Origin: Candidatus Parvarchaeota archaeon
Lineage (GTDB): Archaea > Nanobdellota > Nanobdellia > JAFCGN01
Assembly (NCBI GenBank): GCA_017608045.1
Contig: JAFCGN010000001.1
Span: forward strand, 12,241 to 76,240
Direction: 5' to 3'
DNA length: 64,000 bases
Shown here one piece after another: positions 19,367 to 28,145 of the stretch; within the stretch, counting starts at the first letter, position 1; every line of letters begins with the position of its first letter. The notes below the pieces were generated by a model. It ran no database searches. It was given only the letters and a program-made list of their open reading frames with translations, and was not told where the DNA came from. The position numbers were made by a program, and so were the translations under genes.

Positions 19367-21401
19367 TCCCATTTTCAACCTTCTTATCTGGAATAATTAA
19401 ACTTAACTTGTCCTTGCTTTTGTCAAAAGCAGCAAGCAGCATGCCTTGGCTTTCAATTCCCATAATTCTTCTTGGTTCCAGATTCTTAATAAAAACTATT
19501 TGTTTATTTTTCAAATCTTTTGGAGAATAATACTTCTTTATACCTGCAACAATTGTTCTTTTTTCATTTTCATTAAGTTCAATTGTTAATTTTATGAGTT
19601 TGTCGCTTCCTTTTATCTCTTCTGCTTCAATAATTCTCCCAATTCTTAAATCCATTTTAGCAAAATCATCAAATGTAATCATTCCATCTCTGCCTCTTTT
19701 TCCAAAATATTCTTCAATAGTTTTTGATTTTTCAACTTTTTCTTTTATTTTTTTAATTTCATTGTCATCAATTTTTTTGAATAATATCTCTGGTTTTTCG
19801 AATTTTACACTTTTTAATTTTCTTCCTATTTCATCCCAAGTTGGAGTTATTGATAAAATTTTATGGATTTTTTTCATTGTTTCAGGAAGGTAGGGATAAA
19901 GAAGAATGCTTAAATCCTTGCAAGCATTTGCACAAACATATAATTTTTTTTCACATTCCTTTTTATTTTCCTTGATTAATTTCCATGGTTCACTATCTTG
20001 AAAGTATTTGTTTATACTGCTTGATATTGATAAAATCTCTTGAAGAGCATCCCTTATGTTAATCTCCCATATTTTTTCAAAAATCTTTTCTTTTTTTCTT
20101 TCACATAAAGAAAGTATTTTTTCATCTTTTTTTTCAAATTTTGTTGGTTTTTTAATACCTTGTTTAAAGTTTTTGTTTATAAAACTCATCAGTCTATAAA
20201 ATAAATTACCAATATTTGCAACCAATTCATTATTAACTCTGTCTTGAAATTCTTTCCATTTCCATTCAGTATCCTTGTTTTCTGGTATAATATGTGTTAA
20301 ATAATACCTCCATGTATCACTGCTTACTCCACTTCTGCTTAAATTTTCACAAAAAACGCCAACGCCTTTGCTCTTACTAATTTTTTGACCTTCATAATTA
20401 CAAAATTGAAGCCCTGCTACATTATAAGGAAGTTCATAAGTTCCATTTGCTAATAACATGCCACCCCACCAAATAGTATGAAATGGAATATTGTCTTTCC
20501 CAATGAAATGAATAATTTTTACTTTCTTGCCTTTTTTCCAATAATTCCTCCAATCCTTACTGTTTTTCTTAGCCCATTCTTTTGTAGAAGAAATATAACC
20601 TATGGGAGCATCAAACCAAACATAAAAAACCTTCTTTTTATACCCTTTTAATGGAACAGGAATCCCCCACTTCATGTCTCTTGTTATTGACCTTGGTTTT
20701 AATCCTTCTTTTATCCAACCCAATGCTAAGTTTTTCACGGATTCCTTCATTATTTTGTTGTTTTTAATCCATTCTTTAATTTTTGGGCTTAACTTGTCTA
20801 AGTCAAGAAATAAGTGTTTAAATTTCTTGAATACAGGAGTTGAATGACATACTATGCAATAAGGTTCTCTTAATTCACTTGGATTTAAAAGTGTAGAACA
20901 TTTCTCGCATTGATCCCCGCGAGCAATACTCCCGCAAACAGGACAAGTTCCTTCAACATATCTATCCGGAAGTGTTCTTTCACATTTTGGACAATATGGA
21001 AGAAGCATTTCTTCTTCACTTATAAAACCGTTTCTGAAAATTTTTTTAAAAAAATGTTGTGTTGTTTCTGTGTGAATTTTTCTGCTTGTCCTGCTAAAAT
21101 TATCATATTTTATATTTAACCAATTATAAATTTCTTTATGAACTCTGTATAATTTAGTGCTAAGTTTTTTTGGAGTAACACCAATTTTTTCTGCTGCAAC
21201 AACAATCGGGGTTCCATGCTCATCACTACCACCAATGTATATTGCGTCCAAACCATAAAGCCTGCAAAACCGAGTAAAAATATCCCCTGGCAAATGACTT
21301 CCAACAATATTACCAATATGTGGAATATTATTCACATAAGGTAAAGCACAAGTAACAAGCACTCTGTCGCCTTTTTTTACATCAAGTTTCATAAATATCA
21401 A
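19353..21401 (-). CDS. metG: methionyl-tRNA synthetase with C-terminal tRNA-binding (EMAP-like) domain
   Basis: HIGH-type region PYVNNIPHIGNIVGSHLPGD, zinc knuckles CPKCERTL.../CPVCGS, KMSKS (KISKSKG), C-terminal OB-fold tRNA-binding domain. Confidence 0.9.
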   Translation of the reverse strand: MIFMKLDVKKGDRVLVTCALPYVNNIPHIGNIVGSHLPGDIFTRFCRLYGLDAIYIGGSDEHGTPIVVAAEKIGVTPKKLSTKLYRVHKEIYNWLNIKYDNFSRTSRKIHTETTQHFFKKIFRNGFISEEEMLLPYCPKCERTLPDRYVEGTCPVCGSIARGDQCEKCSTLLNPSELREPYCIVCHSTPVFKKFKHLFLDLDKLSPKIKEWIKNNKIMKESVKNLALGWIKEGLKPRSITRDMKWGIPVPLKGYKKKVFYVWFDAPIGYISSTKEWAKKNSKDWRNYWKKGKKVKIIHFIGKDNIPFHTIWWGGMLLANGTYELPYNVAGLQFCNYEGQKISKSKGVGVFCENLSRSGVSSDTWRYYLTHIIPENKDTEWKWKEFQDRVNNELVANIGNLFYRLMSFINKNFKQGIKKPTKFEKKDEKILSLCERKKEKIFEKIWEINIRDALQEILSISSSINKYFQDSEPWKLIKENKKECEKKLYVCANACKDLSILLYPYLPETMKKIHKILSITPTWDEIGRKLKSVKFEKPEILFKKIDDNEIKKIKEKVEKSKTIEEYFGKRGRDGMITFDDFAKMDLRIGRIIEAEEIKGSDKLIKLTIELNENEKRTIVAGIKKYYSPKDLKNKQIVFIKNLEPRRIMGIESQGMLLAAFDKSKDKLSLIIPDKKVENGIKLS

Positions 21402-21434
21402 TATTGTTAATCAATTTATAAATTTTATATTCAA

Positions 21435-21495
21435 TGGGTCTGCTGGGATTTGAACCATGGTCGCGAGGTCCCAAACCAAGCTAAACAACGAACCC
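21435..21495 (-). pseudogene. degenerate tRNA-Pro paralog (D-arm deleted, T-stem mutated), with its own copy of the upstream region
   Basis: Aligns to the tRNA-Pro at 18071-18145 (same TTTGGGA anticodon loop and CCTCGCGACC segment) but lacks about 14 nt of the D-arm and has a mispaired T stem. The 65 bp 5' of both copies are about 85% identical (18146-18200 vs 21496-21565). Confidence 0.5.
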
Positions 21496-21633
21496 ACTCC
21501 TTTCTTAGGATTCATTCCCTTCATTAAAATTTTTCCATATATTTTTAAAATTATCTTTCTTGTTAATTTTAGGATTTCTAAAGCTTTCTCGGAAGAAACA
21601 TAATTTTCTTTATAAAAGGAAAAGAAGTTAAAC

Positions 21634-22053
21634 TCATTCTGTAAGAGTTTTCAAACTTTTCAACAATAAATAACTATCAATCCCTATATCCTTACTTGGC
21701 TTCATTGAAAGAATTTCTTCTTTTGATAACCATTTAAAATCAGAGTGATCTTTTGTTAACTTAACTTCTCCTTCAAAATTATCAGAATAAAAATGTAACA
21801 TGATAACTCTCTTACTTTTTTTATTATCAATCCTATCATTAAAACCTAAAGATTTAACATTAGTTATCTTAAGAGATGTTTCTTCTTTAACTTCCCTAAT
21901 CGCAGCGCTAACAAGATTTTCATCTTCAATTTCTAAGCCACCACAAGGAAATTCCCAAATACCTGAAAACGTATCATGAGGCGCTCTTTTAATCACTAAA
22001 AATTTATTTTCAGTATTTTTAATAGCTACAACCACCCCTATTTTTACTATCAT
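21634..22053 (-). CDS. NUDIX hydrolase
   Basis: Nudix box GGLEIEDENLVSAAIREVKEETSL; 139 aa. Confidence 0.8.
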   Translation of the reverse strand: MIVKIGVVVAIKNTENKFLVIKRAPHDTFSGIWEFPCGGLEIEDENLVSAAIREVKEETSLKITNVKSLGFNDRIDNKKSKRVIMLHFYSDNFEGEVKLTKDHSDFKWLSKEEILSMKPSKDIGIDSYLLLKSLKTLTE

Positions 22054-22385
22054 AAATTATCTTTCAACACCTTGTCCATATAATCTTTTTTATTTAGAAG
22101 CAAAAAGTCAAACATGTTAAAATTTAAAAACAAGTGCGAAGAAGTCAGTTAAATTGTTAGAATCACTAAAAAACGAACTAAGAAAGGGTTTAAACGTTCA
22201 GCAGGAATAGTCTCTTTAAAAAATGGGGTGTCTGATTATTTAAAAATAAGAATAACACCTTATGTTTTTTAATGAATACTTGTTTTTTAATGAAAATTTA
22301 GGTTGTTTAACAAATAATGAAAAGATACTGTATATTGATCCTGTAGGAGTATTGTTGTTTCTTATAAATGATTAAGAATTATTAT

Positions 22386-22459
22386 GTGGGTCCGCTGGGA
22401 TTTGAACCCAGGACCTCATGATTATCAGTCATGCGCCCCACCAGACTAGGCCACGGACC
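22386..22459 (-). tRNA. tRNA-Ile (anticodon GAT)
   Basis: Minus-strand read: acceptor GGGTCCG/CGGACCC, D stem GCCT/GGGC, anticodon stem CATGA/TCATG with loop CTGATAA, T arm CTGGG-TTCAAAT-CCCAG, discriminator A. Confidence 0.85.
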
Positions 22460-22554
22460 CGTTTTACTTAAAAAAGTAAACATTTTTCTTTAAAAAAGTA
22501 TTGATTAAGATAATAAACAAATATAAAAATCAATTTGTTTTTTTATTTTTTAGA

Positions 22555-23730
22555 ATGACTTTTTTTATTCAAAAAAATGGTTTTGTGGATGTTGAAAGAA
22601 ATCCTTTTGAATTAAGTGAAATCAAAGGAATAGGGCATCCTGACACTTTAAGTGATAGCATGGCTGCGTTAATCAGTTTATTATATTCTAATTATTGTAT
22701 TAAAAATTATGGCAGGATCTTGCATCATAATATTGATAAAGTAGCTATTGCAGGCGGGAGGAGCAGTCCTAAATTTGGTGGTGGAAGAATAGAAATTCCT
22801 GCAAAAGTGCTTTTTATTGGAAGAGCAATAAGAGAAGTAGGGGGTAATGTAATTCCTCTTGAAAAATTTGCAAAAGAATGTGTTAATAAGATTTCATTAA
22901 ATAATGTAGGACTTAAATTTAAACCAGATTTTTCAATAGAATATGTTAAAAGAGGGAGTACTGACTTAATTAAAAATTATGAAAACAATAATATTCCAAA
23001 AGCGAATGATACGAGTTTCGGAACAGCGTGGTATCCCTTAAGTAAATTAGAGAACACAATAATTAATGTTGAGAGTTTTTTGCAGGGAATCCGTAAAAAA
23101 GAGAAGTTCTTAGGAAGTGATATTAAGATTATGGGAAGAAGATTAAAAAATGAAGTATTATTGAATGTTGCTGCTGCATTCATTGATGAAGAAATAAGAA
23201 GCATGCGCGAGTATGTTAATCTTAAAGAAGAATTAATTTTAAGAATAAGTCAAGAGTTTGGCGTGCAAAAAGAAAACATTCTGCTTAACACAGCGGATAC
23301 AAAAAACGAGGCGTATATTACAGTAACAGGAACTAGTGCTGAATGCGGTGATGACGGCCAAGTTGGAAGAGGTAATAGGGGGAATGGCATGATAAGTCCG
23401 GGAAGGCCAATGACATTAGAAGCGATTGGCGGGAAAAACCCGAACAAGCACATAGGAAATTTTTATAATGTTTGGGCTTACAGGATTGCAAAAAAAATAT
23501 GTGAAGAATTTAATGTTAAAACAGATGTTCAAATAGTAAGCACTATTGGAAAACCAATCACTGAATGCGATTTGCTTGTGAGAACAAGTGAAGAAATAAG
23601 TAAGCAAAGAGCAAGTGAAATTTGTGAAGAAGTTATTAATAATTATGCTAAAATAACAGAAGACATTGTTAATGGAAAAATTAAAATGTATCCTTTCAAA
23701 CTAATCAACAATTTTGTTAAAAAATATTGA
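22555..23730 (+). CDS. metK: archaeal-type S-adenosylmethionine synthetase (MAT)
   Basis: Strong resemblance to archaeal MAT: GIGHPDTLSDS, KANDTSFGTAWYPLS, TVTGTSAECGDDGQVGRGNRGNGMISPGRPMTLEAIGGKNP. The track ORF begins at a TTG at 22501; ATG at 22555 (MTFFIQKNGFVDVER) matches the archaeal MAT N-terminus. Confidence 0.9.
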   Translation: MTFFIQKNGFVDVERNPFELSEIKGIGHPDTLSDSMAALISLLYSNYCIKNYGRILHHNIDKVAIAGGRSSPKFGGGRIEIPAKVLFIGRAIREVGGNVIPLEKFAKECVNKISLNNVGLKFKPDFSIEYVKRGSTDLIKNYENNNIPKANDTSFGTAWYPLSKLENTIINVESFLQGIRKKEKFLGSDIKIMGRRLKNEVLLNVAAAFIDEEIRSMREYVNLKEELILRISQEFGVQKENILLNTADTKNEAYITVTGTSAECGDDGQVGRGNRGNGMISPGRPMTLEAIGGKNPNKHIGNFYNVWAYRIAKKICEEFNVKTDVQIVSTIGKPITECDLLVRTSEEISKQRASEICEEVINNYAKITEDIVNGKIKMYPFKLINNFVKKY

Positions 23731-23736
23731 TTACGT

Positions 23737-24321
23737 TTATGTAAACCTCAATTTACTTATGAGATTATCATAATTTCCTGCAGCAGGAATAACTACGAAC
23801 AAGACTTTTATTATTTTAAGAAAAGGTCCAAGCAACCATCCTATAATCGGGATTACCATTATTACATCTTTAACAATTGGAAGATTAACAATAAAATCAA
23901 GAATGTCTACAAAAAGCCAAACATACGCTAACTTGAAAATCCAAAATTTCATTGATAAAATTATTTGCGCTTGTTCACCGATCATTGGCAAATGATTTAA
24001 CACGCCTGTAATAAGTAAGATTGAAACAATTATGCCTCCATAAGACATGCCAGAAAAAATAAGTGTTGATTCCTGCATTTTATTTATAAAACTAAGCATT
24101 GGCGCTGCAACAACCATTATAAGTCCAGCAATAACATTAGCAAAATACGCAAATATTTTTTTTAATATTAAATTATCTGTAAAAGCATTTAATATCTTGT
24201 TTAAAACACCAGTTATTATAAGTTCTGCACCAAATATTGGCGCTAAAGTAAAAAAAACGCTTAGTCCTGCATTAAGAAATTCTGGATTAAATAACTTCAA
24301 TATTAAATCCGCAAAACTCAT
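23737..24321 (-). CDS. hypothetical polytopic membrane protein
   Basis: 194 aa with about 5 hydrophobic helices; no motif recognised. Confidence 0.5.
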   Translation of the reverse strand: MSFADLILKLFNPEFLNAGLSVFFTLAPIFGAELIITGVLNKILNAFTDNLILKKIFAYFANVIAGLIMVVAAPMLSFINKMQESTLIFSGMSYGGIIVSILLITGVLNHLPMIGEQAQIILSMKFWIFKLAYVWLFVDILDFIVNLPIVKDVIMVIPIIGWLLGPFLKIIKVLFVVIPAAGNYDNLISKLRFT

Positions 24322-24384
24322 TTTATCATTATAATTAATTGTTTGTATATAAGATTTTATATATAATCTGTTTATAACATCTTA

Positions 24385-25131
24385 ATGGTTGAAATTGTTT
24401 TTTTAGGAACTGGTGGTGGAAGGATAGCAACTTGTTATCAAACAAGAAATACAGGTGGTTTTTTAATAAAAACAGGAAATATTCAAATGCATTGCGATCC
24501 AGGGCCTGGAACATTAAATGCAATGAAAGAAATGAATGAGAATCCATTCAAAACAAATATCATTTTTTGCAGTCATGAGCACACAGATCATTTTAATGAT
24601 GTTGGTTTAATGATTGAATGCATGAGTAATTGTGGCACAGAACAAAGAGGGATTTTTATAGGAAAAAAGGAACTTACAGATATTTTTCATAAAAAACTTG
24701 TTGAAAAAGAAGTAATTTTAAAACCTTATGAAACATTTGAATTCAAGAATATTAAACTTACAGCAACTCCTTGCAAACATGATAGGAATCCTATAGGTTT
24801 TATTTTAAAAATAAAAGAAGATGTTGTGAAAAAGATTGGATACACGAGCGACACAGATTTTATGCCACAATTAAGCGATATTTTTGATAATTGCAATTTA
24901 ATTATATTTAATTGCACAAGACCTTATGGAAAAGGATTATCAAAGCATTTAAGCACTGATAAAGTAATTAACATTCTTAATGGAATAAACATTAAACCTG
25001 AATTAGTTGTAATAACTCATTTCGGTCAAAAAATGATTGATGCAGGCCCTAACTTTGAAGCACGAAAAATTGAAAGAGAAACAGGAATAAGAACTATTGC
25101 AGTAAAAGACGGTGAGAAAATAAGGTTTTAA
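24385..25131 (+). CDS. metallo-beta-lactamase-fold hydrolase
   Basis: 248 aa; IVFLGTGGG start and SHEHTDH (HxHxDH) zinc-binding motif. Confidence 0.65.
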   Translation: MVEIVFLGTGGGRIATCYQTRNTGGFLIKTGNIQMHCDPGPGTLNAMKEMNENPFKTNIIFCSHEHTDHFNDVGLMIECMSNCGTEQRGIFIGKKELTDIFHKKLVEKEVILKPYETFEFKNIKLTATPCKHDRNPIGFILKIKEDVVKKIGYTSDTDFMPQLSDIFDNCNLIIFNCTRPYGKGLSKHLSTDKVINILNGINIKPELVVITHFGQKMIDAGPNFEARKIERETGIRTIAVKDGEKIRF

Positions 25132-25180
25132 TAATCCACTAATAACATGAGGTTAATTAAAATAAGACATTTCTTTAAGT

Positions 25181-25585
25181 TTATGGCCAAGCATCACCTG
25201 TAGTACTACAAGAAGTAGTGCCATATTTAGTATTGCCTTCACTGTCAGTAAAAGTGCATGAAACACCTATAACACTTGCACCACTTTGACAAGTATAATC
25301 TGTTCCACCATCATCAACATAAACTGTTTTCTTGCACCATTTGTGATTTTTATATTGTGAATAAGTTGGTTGTAATGTTTGCAAATCATTGCACATTCCT
25401 TGACATATTGTTTTTGCTTGAGATATATCTGACGGAGCTGAACCACCAATAATATTTCCAAAACTGCTAAAAATCTGGCCTCCTCCGCCTATCCACACAG
25501 CAGCAACGCCTATAAGAACAAGAAGAGCCAAAGCACCTAAAACAAGCGTGTTCATGGGCAAACCTTGTGCTTTAATTGAGTCCAT
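25181..25585 (-). CDS. small secreted Cys-rich protein with an archaeal class-III (type IV pilin-like) signal peptide
   Basis: 134 aa; N-terminus MDSIKAQG|LPMNTLVLGALALLVLIGVAAVW (charged residues, Gly, then hydrophobic helix); mature part Gly/Thr/Ser-rich with 8 Cys; local GC clearly above neighbours. Confidence 0.55.
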   Translation of the reverse strand: MDSIKAQGLPMNTLVLGALALLVLIGVAAVWIGGGGQIFSSFGNIIGGSAPSDISQAKTICQGMCNDLQTLQPTYSQYKNHKWCKKTVYVDDGGTDYTCQSGASVIGVSCTFTDSEGNTKYGTTSCSTTGDAWP

Positions 25586-25793
25586 AATTTAATTTTAAAA
25601 AAATGTTATTTATATATCTTGTGAAATTCAATAAATTAAAGAATATATTAACAAAAGATTTAAAATACAAAATTTAGTGAAATAATTTATGAAATTCTTG
25701 GCATTACGCGGTGATGGACCCGTTAGTAAGTCTTTGTAGATGTCTTCTTGAGATTAGGAAATTTATTAAATTTAAATTAAGTAGGTGTAACTT

Positions 25794-28145
25794 ATGTCTA
25801 AATTAAAAATAAAGCAATGGGATAAAAAATTTGAAAAAGAAATATTTGAAAAATGGGAGAAAAACAAAATTTACTCTTTCAAAGAAAATAACAGAAAAGT
25901 TTTTTCAATTGATACGCCACCGCCTTATGCGAGCGGAGGATGGCATATGGGTCATGCAGCCTCATACGGGCAAATAGATATGATTGCAAGATATAAAAGA
26001 ATGAAAGGATTCAATGTTTTATTTCCAATGGGTCTTGATAGGAATGGTCTTCCTGTTGAAGTGCAAACAGCAAAACATTTTAACATAAATATGAGAGAAA
26101 CACCAAGAGAAGAATTTTTGAACAAAGTCAAAGAATTTTTAGAAATTTACAGTGACAGAATTATTAATGTAGCAAAATCTCTCGGGCTTAGTTGCAATTC
26201 ATGGAAGAGAGGTAATAAAATAGGAGATTTATACGAAACAGACAGTTCTGAATATAGAAGAATAACACAAGCAGTTTTTATAGAATTATTTAAAAAAGGA
26301 TTAATAAAAGAGGATTCCAAACCAAACAATTGGTGCAGCGGATGTGGCACGACATTAGCAAATGCTGAGATAGAATATAAAAAAGAAAAAACAAAATTAT
26401 ATCATCTTAAATTTAAAATAAAAAACAGTAAAGAACATGTAATAGTTGCGACAACAAGGCCTGAACTTTTATGCACAACTGCTGTTGTTTTATTTAATCC
26501 TAAAGATGAAAGGTACAAAAAATATGAAGGAAAAACACTCATAGTTCCTGAATTCAATCAAGAAGTAAAACTTATTGCTCATCCTTATGCAGATATGAAT
26601 TTTGGTTCAGGTTTAGTAATGATTTCAAGTTTTGGAGATTACTCAGATATTAGATTATTCAGAGAATTAAAACTCAAGCCAAAATACGCAATAGATATAA
26701 ACGGAAAAATGACAAGTGCGTGCAAGAATTATGAGGGTTTAACAATCAAAAAAGCAAGAGAAAAAATTATTGAATCTTTAAAAAATAAAAAAATCGTTGT
26801 TAAAGAAGAAAGTTTAATACATAACCAACCTGTTTGTTGGCGTTGTGAAACTCCTATTGAATTTGTGAACATGTCTGAACTCTATTTAGAACAAGTAAAA
26901 TTCAAAAAAGAAATACTGAAAATAATTAATAAAATTAAATTTTATCCTAAACAAAGCAAACAACTCTTAATTGATTGGATAAAAAGCATTGATATGGAGT
27001 ACCCTATAAGCAGAAGAAGATATTATGGAACAGAAATACCTTTATGGTATTGCAATAATTGCGGAGAAACAATTATACCTGAGCCTGGAAAATATTATCA
27101 ACCATGGAAAGAAAAAAGTCCTATCAAAAAATGCCCGAAATGCGGTTCTGCTAATATAAGGGGAGAAGAAAGAGTTTTTGATACTTGGATGGATTCTGGT
27201 ATAAGCGAATTATACATAACAGGTTATTTAAGACATAAAGATTTTTTCAAAAAGAATTTTCCTGCAAGCATAAGGCCTCAAGGAAAAGACATTGTGAGAA
27301 CATGGGCGTATTACACAATACATAGAGCTTATCTTTTATTTAAACAAATACCTTGGTATGAATGTTGGATTCACCAGCATGTTGTTGATGATAAAGGAAA
27401 AAAAATGAGTAAGAGTAAAGGCAATGTTGTTAATCCTATTTATATGGTTGAAAAATATGGAGGGGAAGCGTTGCGTTTATGGAGTGCGCTTGAAGGAAGT
27501 CTGCACAAAACAGATTTAAGATGTAGTGAAGAAAGAATAAAAGGAAACATGAAATTTATAAATAAATTATGGAATGTTGCAAGATTTATTAGTTTGTTTA
27601 ATGAAAAAAAGAAACCGAAAAAGTTAGTCAAGACAGATGAATGGATAATAAATGAACTAAAAAATATCTTAAAAAAAAGCATTGAGGGGTATGAAAAATA
27701 TGACTTTCACATACCTGCTAAAGAAATAAGGAACTTTGTTTGGAACATATTCGCAGGAAATTATCTTGAAATGATAAAACCAAGAGCTTACAATAAAGAG
27801 AATAAATTCAGTGAAAACGAACAAAATTCAGCTATTTATACAATGCATTTTTGCTTGAAAGAAATATTAAAAGCATTGAGTCCAATAATACCTTTTGTAA
27901 CAGAAAAATTATGGCAGGAAATTTATTCAAAGAAAAGCATACATTTAGAGAAATTTCCTGAAAGCAAAGTAGAAAATAAGAATATGTTAAAATTAACTGA
28001 AAAAATAATTGAATTCAATAGTTTTGTTTGGAAATCCAAAAAAGAAAAAGGAATAAGTTTAAGAGAAAGAATTGAAGGAATTGAAATACCAAAAGAGTTA
28101 AAGATATTTGAAAAAGATCTTAAACTAATGCATAATTTAAGTTGA
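25794..28145 (+). CDS. valS: class Ia aminoacyl-tRNA synthetase, most likely valyl-tRNA synthetase
   Basis: HMGHA (HIGH) and KMSKSKGNV motifs; NWCSGCGTTLANAEIEY and CWRCETPIEF zinc-knuckle segments; ATTRPELL; the post-KMSKS region YGGEALRLW...FINKLWNVARF...DEWIINEL...FVWNIFAGNYLEMIKP matches ValRS (YGADALRF...FCNKLWNAARF...F.WN.FCDWYLE..KP). At 783 aa it is short, and the N-terminal block (ARYKRMKGFNVLFPMGLDRNGLPVE) looks more Leu/IleRS-like. Confidence 0.65.
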   Translation: MSKLKIKQWDKKFEKEIFEKWEKNKIYSFKENNRKVFSIDTPPPYASGGWHMGHAASYGQIDMIARYKRMKGFNVLFPMGLDRNGLPVEVQTAKHFNINMRETPREEFLNKVKEFLEIYSDRIINVAKSLGLSCNSWKRGNKIGDLYETDSSEYRRITQAVFIELFKKGLIKEDSKPNNWCSGCGTTLANAEIEYKKEKTKLYHLKFKIKNSKEHVIVATTRPELLCTTAVVLFNPKDERYKKYEGKTLIVPEFNQEVKLIAHPYADMNFGSGLVMISSFGDYSDIRLFRELKLKPKYAIDINGKMTSACKNYEGLTIKKAREKIIESLKNKKIVVKEESLIHNQPVCWRCETPIEFVNMSELYLEQVKFKKEILKIINKIKFYPKQSKQLLIDWIKSIDMEYPISRRRYYGTEIPLWYCNNCGETIIPEPGKYYQPWKEKSPIKKCPKCGSANIRGEERVFDTWMDSGISELYITGYLRHKDFFKKNFPASIRPQGKDIVRTWAYYTIHRAYLLFKQIPWYECWIHQHVVDDKGKKMSKSKGNVVNPIYMVEKYGGEALRLWSALEGSLHKTDLRCSEERIKGNMKFINKLWNVARFISLFNEKKKPKKLVKTDEWIINELKNILKKSIEGYEKYDFHIPAKEIRNFVWNIFAGNYLEMIKPRAYNKENKFSENEQNSAIYTMHFCLKEILKALSPIIPFVTEKLWQEIYSKKSIHLEKFPESKVENKNMLKLTEKIIEFNSFVWKSKKEKGISLRERIEGIEIPKELKIFEKDLKLMHNLS

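Noticed and set aside
18071-21570. Integrated mobile element or provirus bounded by the duplicated tRNA-Pro segments
   Set aside because: The bracketed DNA contains the essential metG and no integrase, transposase, replication or capsid-like gene. The duplicated part is the tRNA 5' flank plus body rather than a 3'-end att core. Kept only as a possible ancient scar or duplication (see findings).
22460-22554. Possible riboswitch upstream of SAM synthetase (small palindrome tttacttaaaaaagtaaa)
   Set aside because: It is too short and AT-rich to fold into a SAM-binding aptamer. Archaeal SAM riboswitches are not established. It is likely just promoter DNA or a weak hairpin.
25700-25760. GC-richer patch (ggcattacgcggtgatggacccgttagtaagtc) upstream of valS considered as C/D-box sRNA or leader structure
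   Set aside because: The C-box-like gtgatgg is imperfect, there is no D box (CUGA) at the right spacing, and no convincing stem. Evidence is insufficient.
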